Shown here in pieces: positions 29,605 to 38,875 of a stretch of 64,000 bases of DNA. Numbering within the stretch: position 1 is the first letter of the stretch; each line of letters begins with the position of its first letter. The DNA comes from an uncultured Nitrospiraceae bacterium (GTDB lineage: Bacteria > Nitrospirota > Nitrospiria > Nitrospirales > Nitrospiraceae). The stretch spans positions 1 to 64,000 of the forward strand of contig CAVSTP010000001.1 of NCBI GenBank assembly GCA_963730935.1, given 5' to 3'. Under the pieces are notes generated by a model. That model was not told the DNA's origin and made no database searches. It saw only the letters and a list, made by a program, of their open reading frames with translations. The position numbers and the translations under genes are program-made.

Positions 29605-30312
29605 TCAGAGGTCCCAACGGCCGTGTTTCGCCGGCGAGAAGAAGGGCACGTCCGCGCGCTTGAATACGCCGATCAACGCCATTCCCGCAACAAAACCTCC
29701 GATGTGCGCGAAAAACGCCACGCCTCCACCGGGGCCGTCGATGCTCATGCCGCCGCTCAAGAGTTGCATGACAAACCAGAGGCCCAGCACTACTCCCGCG
29801 GCCACCCTCATCATGCCCACTCCCGGCATGAACACGAGAACGTGTGCCCGCGGGAAGAGCAGGATATAGGCGCCCAGCACGCCGGAAATTGCACCGCTGG
29901 CGCCGACCATCGGGATCGTGGACGTGGGATCCGTGACTGCGTGACTCAACGCCGCGAGGATGCCGCAAGTGAGGTAAAAGATCACAAAGCGCGCATGCCC
30001 CATCACATCTTCGACGTTGTTGCCGAAGATCCAGAGATAGAGCATGTTGCCGATCAGATGCATCCAGCCTCCGTGCATGAACATGCTAGTCAGGAGCGTG
30101 ACGTAGGGCGAGATGCCGACCGCGATCGAGGGCGGCAGATCCGCCTGCCCGAACAACAGCGCCGGAATCGCGCCATATTGAAATACGACGGCTTCAGCAT
30201 GGGGTGGGGGAAGGCTGGCTTGGTAGAAGAAGACCAGTATGCAGAAGACGATGAACGTGATCGTGACGACAGGAGTGAGTTCGGTCGGATTGTCGTCCTG
30301 GAGCGGGATCAT
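29605..30312 (-). CDS. Rhomboid intramembrane serine protease
   Basis: HGGWMHLIGNM, VGASGA, AHIGGF. Confidence 0.93.
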   Translation of the reverse strand: MIPLQDDNPTELTPVVTITFIVFCILVFFYQASLPPPHAEAVVFQYGAIPALLFGQADLPPSIAVGISPYVTLLTSMFMHGGWMHLIGNMLYLWIFGNNVEDVMGHARFVIFYLTCGILAALSHAVTDPTSTIPMVGASGAISGVLGAYILLFPRAHVLVFMPGVGMMRVAAGVVLGLWFVMQLLSGGMSIDGPGGGVAFFAHIGGFVAGMALIGVFKRADVPFFSPAKHGRWDL

Positions 30313-30324
30313 ACCGCCGCGCGT

Positions 30325-31200
30325 CTAGGAGCTGTTACGACGGCGATCAATAAGGGATCGCGGCAATGCGGGATTCGGCGGCAGCGATCCATCAGGGCCG
30401 AGTGGGATCGAGAAGCCTGCCGCATGCGTATGGCCGCCGCCTCCGAATGATGCGGCAATGGCGCCGACGTCGGTGCCGTCCTCGCGCGAACGCATGCTGT
30501 AATACCGCCGTCCATCACGGTCGTGCCAAATGATGCAGAACGGCGCCTCCGCCGAGAGCCGTTCGCCGATTTGGCTGGTCAGAATGGCGCTCTGAACGGA
30601 GGGTACCGTTTCCCCCTGAAATTCAACGAGCACCGCTTGACCGGCGAGCTTGTTCACCAGTTCCTGTTCATACCGTAGGATCGCCCGGCCTTCCTGTTCC
30701 AGTTCCTTCTGCTTGAAACGGTTCCAGAGCTGAAAGTCGAACGGGTGGGATGCCACCGCCGCGTTGATTTCGCGACTCATCGGTAGCGCCCAGGTCCACA
30801 AGTCTTTGTCCTGAATATAGTCCAGCAACCAGGGCACCGGATGGTCATGCGCCCATTCCCACGCCAGGACGGCGCCGGATTTTTTCATGTCGAAATACGC
30901 ATACGGCAAGCCGGCCAGAGCCTTCTCGGCGGTAATGTGGTGGTCCAAGACCAGCAGCCGATCCGTCTCCATCGCCATCGTTTCCAGCAGGTCTCGCGCA
31001 TAACTGAAATCCACGATCACGACGCGTTCGCCCTTCAACCCTTCGGGAGGGGGAACACCATGCTTGACGGGCACGAATCGCGCCTGGGGAAAACGGCGCC
31101 AGAGGGCCCAGGCGGCGCCGAAACCATCAGCACATTCCGCGTGATAGAGCGCAACGGTGGGTGCGAGAGGAAAATGTTGTCGAGAACCGGAGTCGTCCAT
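30325..31200 (-). CDS. DHH/DHHA1 phosphoesterase
   Basis: YHAECADG, VDFSY, LDHH, DKDLW, GGGGHTHAAGF. Confidence 0.88.
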   Translation of the reverse strand: MDDSGSRQHFPLAPTVALYHAECADGFGAAWALWRRFPQARFVPVKHGVPPPEGLKGERVVIVDFSYARDLLETMAMETDRLLVLDHHITAEKALAGLPYAYFDMKKSGAVLAWEWAHDHPVPWLLDYIQDKDLWTWALPMSREINAAVASHPFDFQLWNRFKQKELEQEGRAILRYEQELVNKLAGQAVLVEFQGETVPSVQSAILTSQIGERLSAEAPFCIIWHDRDGRRYYSMRSREDGTDVGAIAASFGGGGHTHAAGFSIPLGPDGSLPPNPALPRSLIDRRRNSS

Positions 31201-31303
31201 CGACGCCGAGCATACCACGGGAGGTGCCGAGACTAAAGCCGTTATGCGAACGCAGGTCGAAGGTCCTTCGCCGCGGCGTGCGCCAAGCGCCCCAGGGGGT
31301 GGT

Positions 31304-32347
31304 CTATAAGCGGTTGACGTGATCGATCAGTTGCCGCAGTCTCGCGGCACTGCGACGGTTGGAAGCGAAGACCAGACGAGGCAGGTCTTTGAAGTCCGGT
31401 TCGTCCAATTCTTCAGGCAGGGCCCCGCGAAGCTCGAACGTGCCCTCCAACAGTAGATCGGCAAACTGCTCGTGAATGGCGGCCACCTGTTCTGCAGAAA
31501 TGGGACTCTGAAGGCGCATGGCCAACTGGCGGCCGACGTAGCGGGTCGAGTGGAATCGTCTGTAAAAACACCGGATTTCCTGGATCGCCTCTTCGACCGA
31601 GCTCGTGATTTTGAAGAGGCCGAGGTCCTCGGGGCTGATCAGCCGTCGATCCAGCATCTGGCGTCTGATAAAGCGGTCCCATTCGTCCCAGTAGTCGCAA
31701 CCCTCTGCCTGGAGGCAGAGAATCGGCTGAGGATCGCTCTTGCCGGTTTGTGCCAGTGTCAGGATTTCGAAGCCTTCATCGTGCGTGCCGAAGCCACCGG
31801 GAAACAGCGCGATGGCGTTGGCTTCCTTTTGAAAGATCAACTTTCGTGTGAAAAAATACTTGAAGGTTACGAGCTTGGGATCGTCGGCAATCGTATTATT
31901 CGGGCCTTGCTCAAACGGCAGCATGATGTTCACGCCGAAGCTGTTCTCGCGGCCCGCACCCTCTTGCGCCGCGCGCATGATGCCGTCCGCGCCGCCCGTA
32001 ATGACCATGAAGCCCTCTTCAACAATCTTCCGGCAGAAATTGAAGGCGAGCTGGTAATTCGGGTCGTCGGGCATTGTGCGGGCGGAGCCGAAGATGCTGA
32101 CTTTTTTCCGGTGGTGGTAGTCCCGAAACACGCGAAACGCATGCCGCAGCTCCTTGATGGCGCGGTTGACGATCTTGAGGTCCAGGGGTTCGAGGTGTGC
32201 GTCGTGGAGCTTGAGCATGCCGACCAAGATCTCCTTGACCAGGGCGGCGGAAACGTCGTCTTCGGGCGATTCCAAGAGCGAACGGACTTGGCTCAGCACA
32301 TCCTCATTGGACGGCATCGTGCGCGAGCGGCTGGGGGTGGTTTTCAT
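31304..32347 (-). CDS. LOG-family nucleotide phosphoribohydrolase
   Basis: SIFGSAR, TGGADGIM, YFFTRK, PGGFGTHDE. Confidence 0.9.
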   Translation of the reverse strand: MKTTPSRSRTMPSNEDVLSQVRSLLESPEDDVSAALVKEILVGMLKLHDAHLEPLDLKIVNRAIKELRHAFRVFRDYHHRKKVSIFGSARTMPDDPNYQLAFNFCRKIVEEGFMVITGGADGIMRAAQEGAGRENSFGVNIMLPFEQGPNNTIADDPKLVTFKYFFTRKLIFQKEANAIALFPGGFGTHDEGFEILTLAQTGKSDPQPILCLQAEGCDYWDEWDRFIRRQMLDRRLISPEDLGLFKITSSVEEAIQEIRCFYRRFHSTRYVGRQLAMRLQSPISAEQVAAIHEQFADLLLEGTFELRGALPEELDEPDFKDLPRLVFASNRRSAARLRQLIDHVNRL

Positions 32348-32433
32348 GAAGTCTTATCCATTTCTGTAAGTGGTGGTCGAGAAAAAATCTTATCATAGAG
32401 CGGCGTTTGGTCAAAGAACTGACGAGACAATGG

Positions 32434-33207
32434 TCAGGCCTGATCGGGGGGAGCAGGAATCGCTTGCAGTGCCCACGCTTTGAGGCGGGCCATGTCGGTG
32501 TGCGACAGATCGGCGAACTGGACTTCGATGGCGAATGCACGCTGTCCGAGAGAACCGCCTGCTGTCGGTGGCAGAGAGCCGGACGACAATACCTTCCCGT
32601 GAATGGTCAGAGGTGCGTTGTGCCCGGGTAAGGAAAATGCCAGCATCACGTGCGTCCGGCTTCGCAGGCTTGAAGCCGATTCCAGACGGGCACCGGAGTG
32701 ACCGAGTTCGACGACGTTCGCGTTGTGAGCCTGCTGCTGAGATGCGCGTTCATCGAAGACGGTGACGACGGCGGAGATGTTCGTCGAGCGTCGTGGGGGC
32801 GTCAGCATGAGGTCCTGGGCGCTCAATACGCCGACCGGCTGATTATGTTTCGTGACGATCAACAAGGAAGCGCCAGTTGCCACCATCATTGTCGAGGCTT
32901 CTTCCAGCGCTTGATCGTATTCGATGAACTGCACGGGGCGCGTCATGATGCTGCGCACTTCGATGTCATGGGGCTCCAGACCTCGCGCCACGACTTTTTT
33001 CACAATGTCGCCGGGCGTCATCAGCCCGAAGACGGTCTCGGTCTCTTTCACCAAGAGGCAGGGCGCATGCTCGCGTTCCAGCAGCAAAGCAGCCTCGCTC
33101 ACGGATACATCTCCTGGCACTTGTACCACTCCCGGCGTCATCATATGGGCCACCACCGTGCGTATAGGACGTTGCGGCTGCGGGGGCGGGTCATTCTGAC
33201 CGAGCAT
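32434..33207 (-). CDS. CBS-pair plus PilZ-like domain protein
   Basis: Two CBS repeats (VAHMMT...GLMTPGDI; VRSIMT...VGVLSAQDL); C-terminal PilZ-like fold (LAFSLPG...GKV...EVQFADL). Confidence 0.8.
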   Translation of the reverse strand: MLGQNDPPPQPQRPIRTVVAHMMTPGVVQVPGDVSVSEAALLLEREHAPCLLVKETETVFGLMTPGDIVKKVVARGLEPHDIEVRSIMTRPVQFIEYDQALEEASTMMVATGASLLIVTKHNQPVGVLSAQDLMLTPPRRSTNISAVVTVFDERASQQQAHNANVVELGHSGARLESASSLRSRTHVMLAFSLPGHNAPLTIHGKVLSSGSLPPTAGGSLGQRAFAIEVQFADLSHTDMARLKAWALQAIPAPPDQA

Positions 33208-33392
33208 CGGCCTCTCGCGGTTCGGTGTGATTCATTGACCATTCGTGACGGGCCGATCCCCTGCGGCGCAAACCAAGTATACCAGACAGGGTGAGGCGTC
33301 CCTCATCGGCAGTTGCCTTGTCAAACAAGGGTTTGTGAGACTAGACTAGGCCAATTATTGTCACAGCACAAGAGTGATCCTGGAGCAATCGG

Positions 33393-34862
33393 ATGTCGGT
33401 TGAACAGCAGTTTGAGCGACGGGCTGAGGCGGTTCCAAAGCTGGGCTTGGGGTTGTCGGTCGACGTCTACTCTCCTGATCTCTTTGAACTCATGAGCCGG
33501 TTCGAAGGCCTTGCTGCTCGGCCGGCCTACTTGGAAATTTTTCGAGCAACAACGACCGCGCTGCAGGGGGTGAGGAACCACCTGGCCGGCGTGCCACTGG
33601 CTTACCATGGTGAAGGACTGTGGATTACACAGCCAGATTTCTCGTCCGCGCCCTTTATGGAGAACGAGCTTGTCGAGGTTGCGTCGCAACTGAACACCCT
33701 TTGCAGTCCCTGGCTGAACCACGAATGCGCGACCAAGCAGATGGCGGGCTATACCTTCGGCACCTATCTGCCTCCTTTATATACGGCTGAAAGCGCCGAG
33801 CTGGTGGGAGGCAACATCTCGCTGGTGCAAGAGCGGCTGGATCAGGGGCGCAGGCCGGGAGCGGCCTTTGGACCTCTCTTTCTCCTGGAAATGCCGCCGC
33901 TCACCTATTTTATGGCCGGGACGATCAGCGTGCCTGAGTATTTCCGACTGGTTACTGAGCGGACTCCCTGCGGGCTTGTGCTGGATATCGGGCACCTGTG
34001 GACCGTCTATCGCTATACGACTGCCAGCCGACAGTCATCACTCGCGCAATTCGTCGAGCGATTTCTCGATGAATTTCCTATGGAGCGTGTGATTGAAATC
34101 CATATCGCCGGGCTGTCGGTGCACGAAGCAGGACAGCACGCGGCTGTGCAGGGCGGCTCTCCTGAATGGATCGATGCGCATGCGGCACCCATTTCGGCCG
34201 AATCTTGGACAATCCTCGAGGAAGTTTTGATGCACCCTCGTCTCCGGCATCTTCGCGGCGTAGCGCTCGAAGTCGATACGAAGCCGCTCGAACTCATCCT
34301 TGAGGAATTTACCCATGCGCGCGGGCGTGTTGCACCGATGATCGAGCGCCTGATGGACAACGAGACGCCGGCACTTACTGCCATTTTTGAGCCACTGAAA
34401 GGTGATGGTCGAACCCAGCAGGCCGAGATGGATCATCGCAGGCTCGAAGCCGACTATGTCCGGTATGCGCGAATCGCTTCCGGTCAGGAACCGCCGGACG
34501 GACCTGCGTGGCAGGCCGTCGCAGAGGATCCGTCGGGTTTGGAACGCTACATTCATGCCTATCTTCCCCATGAAATTCTGCATTGGGGAGGAGAACTGCC
34601 CGACATGTTTCCCGAAACTTGCAAAGGTCTGAGCGAACAGGGCCTCTCTCTGGATGGCTTCGTGCCATGGTGGTTTCACAGATCCAGGCCCGCCGACCGA
34701 CCGTACGATTTTTTTCTTGTTAAAATCGATCGTTTCGTCGAGTTCGTTGCTGAACGCGCTCCGACGCTTCTCATAGCCGCCTGCCGTGAAGCCAAAGCCT
34801 TGCGGCACGCGTATGAGGAGGTCAACGCCGGAAGCCGGTATCTCACGGAGTCTTGCCCATGA
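33393..34862 (+). CDS. DUF692/MNIO family enzyme with a C-terminal DUF2063-like partner domain
   Basis: GLGL, YHGEGL, LLEMP, LDIGH, EIHIAG, IDAH and LEVD metal-ligand pattern; about 150-aa extension with LERY...MFPETC...FVEFV. Confidence 0.8.
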   Translation: MSVEQQFERRAEAVPKLGLGLSVDVYSPDLFELMSRFEGLAARPAYLEIFRATTTALQGVRNHLAGVPLAYHGEGLWITQPDFSSAPFMENELVEVASQLNTLCSPWLNHECATKQMAGYTFGTYLPPLYTAESAELVGGNISLVQERLDQGRRPGAAFGPLFLLEMPPLTYFMAGTISVPEYFRLVTERTPCGLVLDIGHLWTVYRYTTASRQSSLAQFVERFLDEFPMERVIEIHIAGLSVHEAGQHAAVQGGSPEWIDAHAAPISAESWTILEEVLMHPRLRHLRGVALEVDTKPLELILEEFTHARGRVAPMIERLMDNETPALTAIFEPLKGDGRTQQAEMDHRRLEADYVRYARIASGQEPPDGPAWQAVAEDPSGLERYIHAYLPHEILHWGGELPDMFPETCKGLSEQGLSLDGFVPWWFHRSRPADRPYDFFLVKIDRFVEFVAERAPTLLIAACREAKALRHAYEEVNAGSRYLTESCP

Positions 34863-36034
34863 CGTTTTGGAATAGGCTTCCGACGCCGGTCATCGGTCTC
34901 TCCCCGATGGACGGAGTAACGGACTCCGTCTTTCGACTCATGACGGCTCGGCAGGGGAAGCCTGATGTGATCTTCACCGAGTTTACCCATGTGCATGACG
35001 TCTGCCGCGGACCAGAGTTTTTGTTGGACTCGCTGCACTATCATGAGGCCGAGCGTCCGATCGTAGCGCAGTTGTATGGAAAGGACCCGGAGCTGTTCTA
35101 TCAAGCGGCGCACGTGGTGTGCGAACTGGGCTTCGACGGTCTGGACATTAACATGGGCTGTCCTTCCCGCAATGTGGCATCATCGGGCTCGGGAGCCGGA
35201 CTCATCCGAACGCCTGATCTCGCGCATGCGATCATCCGTGCCGCGCGGCAGGGCATCGCTGATTGGACCGCCGGGCGCACGCTGGAAACCGCAGGGCTGA
35301 AAGCCGCCAGAGTCGACATCGTGAATCAATTGAATGCGCGCAGGAACCATGCGCCAGCCCCTATTCGATCGACGATTCCACTCTCCGTCAAGACGCGTCT
35401 CGGTTACGACGAGGTGATCGTGGAACGCTGGATCGAACATCTGCTTCTCGAGTCCCCCGCCGTGGTTTCGCTGCATGGACGAACCTTGCAGCAAATGTAC
35501 AAGGGAGAAGCCGACTGGGCGGCGATCGGTCGGGCAGCTCAACTCGTTCGCGGGAGCGGAACCCTGCTGTTCGGCAATGGGGATGTCCAGAGTTTGAGAG
35601 AGCTAGTGCGTCGTGTCACGGAGACCGGTGTGGACGGCGTGCTGGTGGGGCGGGCGGCGTTGGGAGCGCCATGGTTCTTCCACGGCAAGGAAGAAGCTCG
35701 GCACCGCGCGAAGATCGCAGAGCCGTGGGAGCCCGATTCCTGGACACCCTCACTGGCCGCCCGGTTCGAGATTCTCCTCGCACACGCACGCCAATTCGAG
35801 GCGCAATGGGGGCCGCAACAATTCAGGCGCATGCGAAAACATCTGGGATGGTACTGCAAGGGATTCCCGCATGCCGCTGCTTTGCGGGCCCGCATGTTTC
35901 ACGTCTCTTCCGTCGCGGACGTCGAAGCGGTGCTTGCGGAGTATCGAGGCGGCTGGCTGATCGACGGCGGCCAGACCAATGATTCGTCCCTTACCGAACG
36001 CGAGACCGCTCACCTGGCATCGCGATGCGGCTAG
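34859..36034 (+). CDS. dus: tRNA-dihydrouridine synthase family protein
   Basis: LSPMDGVTD, FTEF, AQLYG, DINMGCP, SVKTRLG, LHGRT, GNGDV, MRKHLGWY; ATGA overlap with the upstream gene. Confidence 0.93.
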   Translation: MTFWNRLPTPVIGLSPMDGVTDSVFRLMTARQGKPDVIFTEFTHVHDVCRGPEFLLDSLHYHEAERPIVAQLYGKDPELFYQAAHVVCELGFDGLDINMGCPSRNVASSGSGAGLIRTPDLAHAIIRAARQGIADWTAGRTLETAGLKAARVDIVNQLNARRNHAPAPIRSTIPLSVKTRLGYDEVIVERWIEHLLLESPAVVSLHGRTLQQMYKGEADWAAIGRAAQLVRGSGTLLFGNGDVQSLRELVRRVTETGVDGVLVGRAALGAPWFFHGKEEARHRAKIAEPWEPDSWTPSLAARFEILLAHARQFEAQWGPQQFRRMRKHLGWYCKGFPHAAALRARMFHVSSVADVEAVLAEYRGGWLIDGGQTNDSSLTERETAHLASRCG

Positions 36035-36660
36035 TGCTGGCGTCGACGTCGCCGCGCCGTCGCGAATTGCTCTCCCTGCTCCATATTCCCTTCGAGGTCA
36101 GAACCCCCCTCTGCGAAGAGTTGATGCCGCCGCACCGTTCTGCCGGCGATCTCGTGGCGGATTTTGCCAGGGGCAAAGCCGATTCTGTCGCGGCGCAGGA
36201 ACCTCGATCCCTGATCCTGGCCAGCGATACATTGATCGAGTGCGATGACGTCGCCGTCGGAAAGCCTCGCGATCTCGCCGAGGCCCGCTTGATCCTGCGA
36301 GACCTTGCCGGCCGCGCTCATCTGGTCAAGACGGCTGTGAGTGCCGTGTGCCGTGACCGGCGCTTCCAGGCCACCGAAATCTCCACGGCCCGGGTCTGGA
36401 TGAAGCCGTTTGATGAGAAAGTACATGAACGCTATCTCGCGACCGAGGACAGTCTTGGCAAGGCGGGCGCCTATTCCATTCAAGGTCTCGGTGCGGAATT
36501 GATTGAACGGCTGGAGGGCGATTTTACGACCGTCGTCGGATTTCCGCTCCGTGTCGTGTCACGGCTGTTGGTACAGGGAGGGATCGCCGTTCCGGTCGAC
36601 GTCGATACGCTGTATGTCAGCAGACCTTACGGCACCTGGGCACGTTTCCCCGCAGATTGA
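36025..36660 (+). CDS. maf: Maf-family nucleotide pyrophosphatase
   Basis: LASTSPRRRELL, SDT, GKP, KAGAYSIQG, VVGFP. Confidence 0.94.
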   Translation: MRLVLASTSPRRRELLSLLHIPFEVRTPLCEELMPPHRSAGDLVADFARGKADSVAAQEPRSLILASDTLIECDDVAVGKPRDLAEARLILRDLAGRAHLVKTAVSAVCRDRRFQATEISTARVWMKPFDEKVHERYLATEDSLGKAGAYSIQGLGAELIERLEGDFTTVVGFPLRVVSRLLVQGGIAVPVDVDTLYVSRPYGTWARFPAD

Positions 36661-36719
36661 AAAGGAGAGAGGCTTTTCGTAGAATGCCGCCTTCATTTGC
36701 TTTTTTAAGGAGGGGTCTC

Positions 36720-37364
36720 ATGGTCGCTCAAGGGAACCTCGTTGCAGGCCTTCTGGCTGGTCTCTTTTTGGTCCTTATCAATCCGGCCTTTGCCATCGAC
36801 GTCAAGCTTACGACCGAGGAAGCCCAGAAGGCATTGGAAGCCGGCCGGGCACCGATGGAAAAGGCGAACAGCCCGGAAGAAGTGAAGAAGGTGTTGCAGC
36901 ATGCCTCGATGGCGACCCGCGTGGGCGCTGATCCTGAAAAGGATGCTTGCGGGGCGAGCGCGATTCTGAGGACGAAACGCTACCGGCTCGAGGCATTCGG
37001 CAGGCAGGAGGCCTCGGAGTCTAAAAAGCGCAAAACCGACATCCGCATGCCGGACGAATTCATCAGGAAAGTCGTCGACATGCCGAATATGGAGGTTGAG
37101 GTGCAGCTCTGCGGCGATGATGAATATTTCGCCGAAGGCGCACTGATCGAGTTGCAGCAGGGGAGCAAGAAGGTGAAGGCGATCGATGTCGGCAAGGCGG
37201 AGCGCGGGCGCAAGAATGAAGGCAGCGGACCCGCCTACCGGTCCCGGTTCACGGCCGTCTTTGCGTACGAGAGTTTTGATCCCAACGCCCAGTCGGCGTT
37301 CGTCGTCAACCTGCAGGACGGCAAGGAAATCCGCATCCCCGCCGACTTTTCAAAGGTCAAATAG
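36720..37364 (+). CDS. Hypothetical exported protein
   Basis: AAGGAGG RBS; signal peptide ending in AFA; two Cys. Confidence 0.75.
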   Translation: MVAQGNLVAGLLAGLFLVLINPAFAIDVKLTTEEAQKALEAGRAPMEKANSPEEVKKVLQHASMATRVGADPEKDACGASAILRTKRYRLEAFGRQEASESKKRKTDIRMPDEFIRKVVDMPNMEVEVQLCGDDEYFAEGALIELQQGSKKVKAIDVGKAERGRKNEGSGPAYRSRFTAVFAYESFDPNAQSAFVVNLQDGKEIRIPADFSKVK

Positions 37365-37539
37365 GCCCGACCTACCGCCCTCAGTCCTGTCCCCTTTCCG
37401 TTGCAGGGACGAAATCCATCCCATCTTCCCCTTGCGGCAAACGCACCCGACCGGCTATAAGTCTCATGCTTTAAGAAGTCCCTCGCGAACCCGCAACACT
37501 CGGCGGGGGGCTTGTCATTCACGTAGGGAGAGGTGGGCA

Positions 37540-38187
37540 ATGCCACAATGGGTGATTCCACGCGTCATCTCAGCGGTGTTCCTTTGTTCCATCATCGTTG
37601 CACCAGTCATCGGCTGTGGGAAAAAGGTGACGTCCTCGACAGGAGAAGCCGCTTCGAGCAGCAAGGGCAAAAGCGCCACCGGGCCAGTGGAGAAGATCAC
37701 GCCCGACACCATGGCGACCTTTCCCGGGGAAAAAAGCGCGAGCACGACGATAGACACGGCACGTGAACCGGTGGAGGCCGCTCCCCCGACGTCGAGCGCA
37801 GCAGGTCCTCCGGCCACATTGTCCGCTCCCTCTGGGGCAGCGCCCTCGGGAGAAGCGTTGGGCCTCGAAGACATCTTCTTCGATTTCGATCAATATACGA
37901 TCCGAAAGGACGCTCAATCGACTCTGAGCGCCAATGCCGCCTGGATCAACGGCAGATCGGGAAGAGCTGTGGTCATCGAAGGACACTGCGATGAGCGTGG
38001 CACACAGGCCTACAATCTGGTGCTCGGTGAGAAGCGAGCTCGCTCGGTCAAACGCTACCTGGAGGATCTCGGGGTACCGGCGTCGCGGGTGAAGACAACC
38101 AGTTATGGAGAGTTGCGTCCGTTCTGCAAGGAGCGCGACGAGAGTTGTTATCAACAAAATCGACGAGCGCATTTTGTCGCCCAGTAA
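37540..38187 (+). CDS. pal: Peptidoglycan-associated lipoprotein (OmpA/Pal family)
   Basis: VIG-C lipobox; IFFDFD, IEGHCDERGT, YNLVLGEKRA, SYGE, NRRAHF. Confidence 0.85.
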   Translation: MPQWVIPRVISAVFLCSIIVAPVIGCGKKVTSSTGEAASSSKGKSATGPVEKITPDTMATFPGEKSASTTIDTAREPVEAAPPTSSAAGPPATLSAPSGAAPSGEALGLEDIFFDFDQYTIRKDAQSTLSANAAWINGRSGRAVVIEGHCDERGTQAYNLVLGEKRARSVKRYLEDLGVPASRVKTTSYGELRPFCKERDESCYQQNRRAHFVAQ

Positions 38188-38245
38188 TCTCGGAGGGGTG
38201 CTGGCAGCTTGTCGGAGTTGGTCTTATAAGACTCAGGAGGAACGA

Positions 38246-38854
38246 ATGCATCGAGTGAGAATCCTAGCCGTCTGTCTCGCGGTGTTGGCAGGTTGTGCGA
38301 CCAATGAGCCCGTGGATCTCGTGATACCGAGTACGAGCACGTCCAATGCTTCTTCGACCACTGGCATGGCTACAGGACCCAAAGTGGTGGTGAAGCCGTT
38401 CGACGATGCCCGAATGGATCGCACACACCTCGGCAGTCGATCCCACTTTTGGGGAGACATGAGTTATTTCGATCTGCCGAAAGACACGGCGGGAGAGGCG
38501 GTTGCGAAGGCAGTGGTCCAACAGTTGAACAAGCGCGGCTGGCAGGCCAGTCTGGACGGCGGCGGCGGAGCGGCGCCCGATGCAACGATTACGGGAACGA
38601 TTCAGGATTTATCGGTGATCGCCGTCAGCAAGTTCGGCCGCACTGTACTCGTCGCCAAGAACACAATGATGATGCGGGTGGCGAACAATGACCAGAGCAC
38701 GATCCAGGAACGTGTGCTGAGCAGTGGGACCGATCAAGTGTTCTGGTTCGACCCGGAGGACGCTCAGCAACTCCTCAATGAAGTGCTGGAAAAGAACATC
38801 GAAAAGTTCATTGCCGACACCCAGGTCGAGGGACGGGTGGTGAAGCTGCGGTAG
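38246..38854 (+). CDS. Hypothetical lipoprotein (YajG-like)
   Basis: AGGAGG RBS; LAG-C lipobox; VVKPFDDAR. Confidence 0.7.
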   Translation: MHRVRILAVCLAVLAGCATNEPVDLVIPSTSTSNASSTTGMATGPKVVVKPFDDARMDRTHLGSRSHFWGDMSYFDLPKDTAGEAVAKAVVQQLNKRGWQASLDGGGGAAPDATITGTIQDLSVIAVSKFGRTVLVAKNTMMMRVANNDQSTIQERVLSSGTDQVFWFDPEDAQQLLNEVLEKNIEKFIADTQVEGRVVKLR

Positions 38855-38875
38855 GACTGACCTTCGCCCTGACCG

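Noticed and set aside
33265..33320. GCAAACC...GGCAGTTGCC as a possible c-di-GMP-I riboswitch
   Set aside because: The GAAA tetraloop and the GACGCAAAG core are missing; the resemblance is only partial.
34850..36034. The MNIO and Dus proteins both end with a penultimate Cys (SCP, RCG), suggesting MNIO substrates
   Set aside because: Both codons lie in or next to start/stop overlaps with the following gene, so coincidence is the simpler explanation.
37186..37539. 118-aa N-terminal extension of the Pal ORF in the track
   Set aside because: It overlaps the upstream gene; an RBS and lipoprotein signal support a start at 37540.
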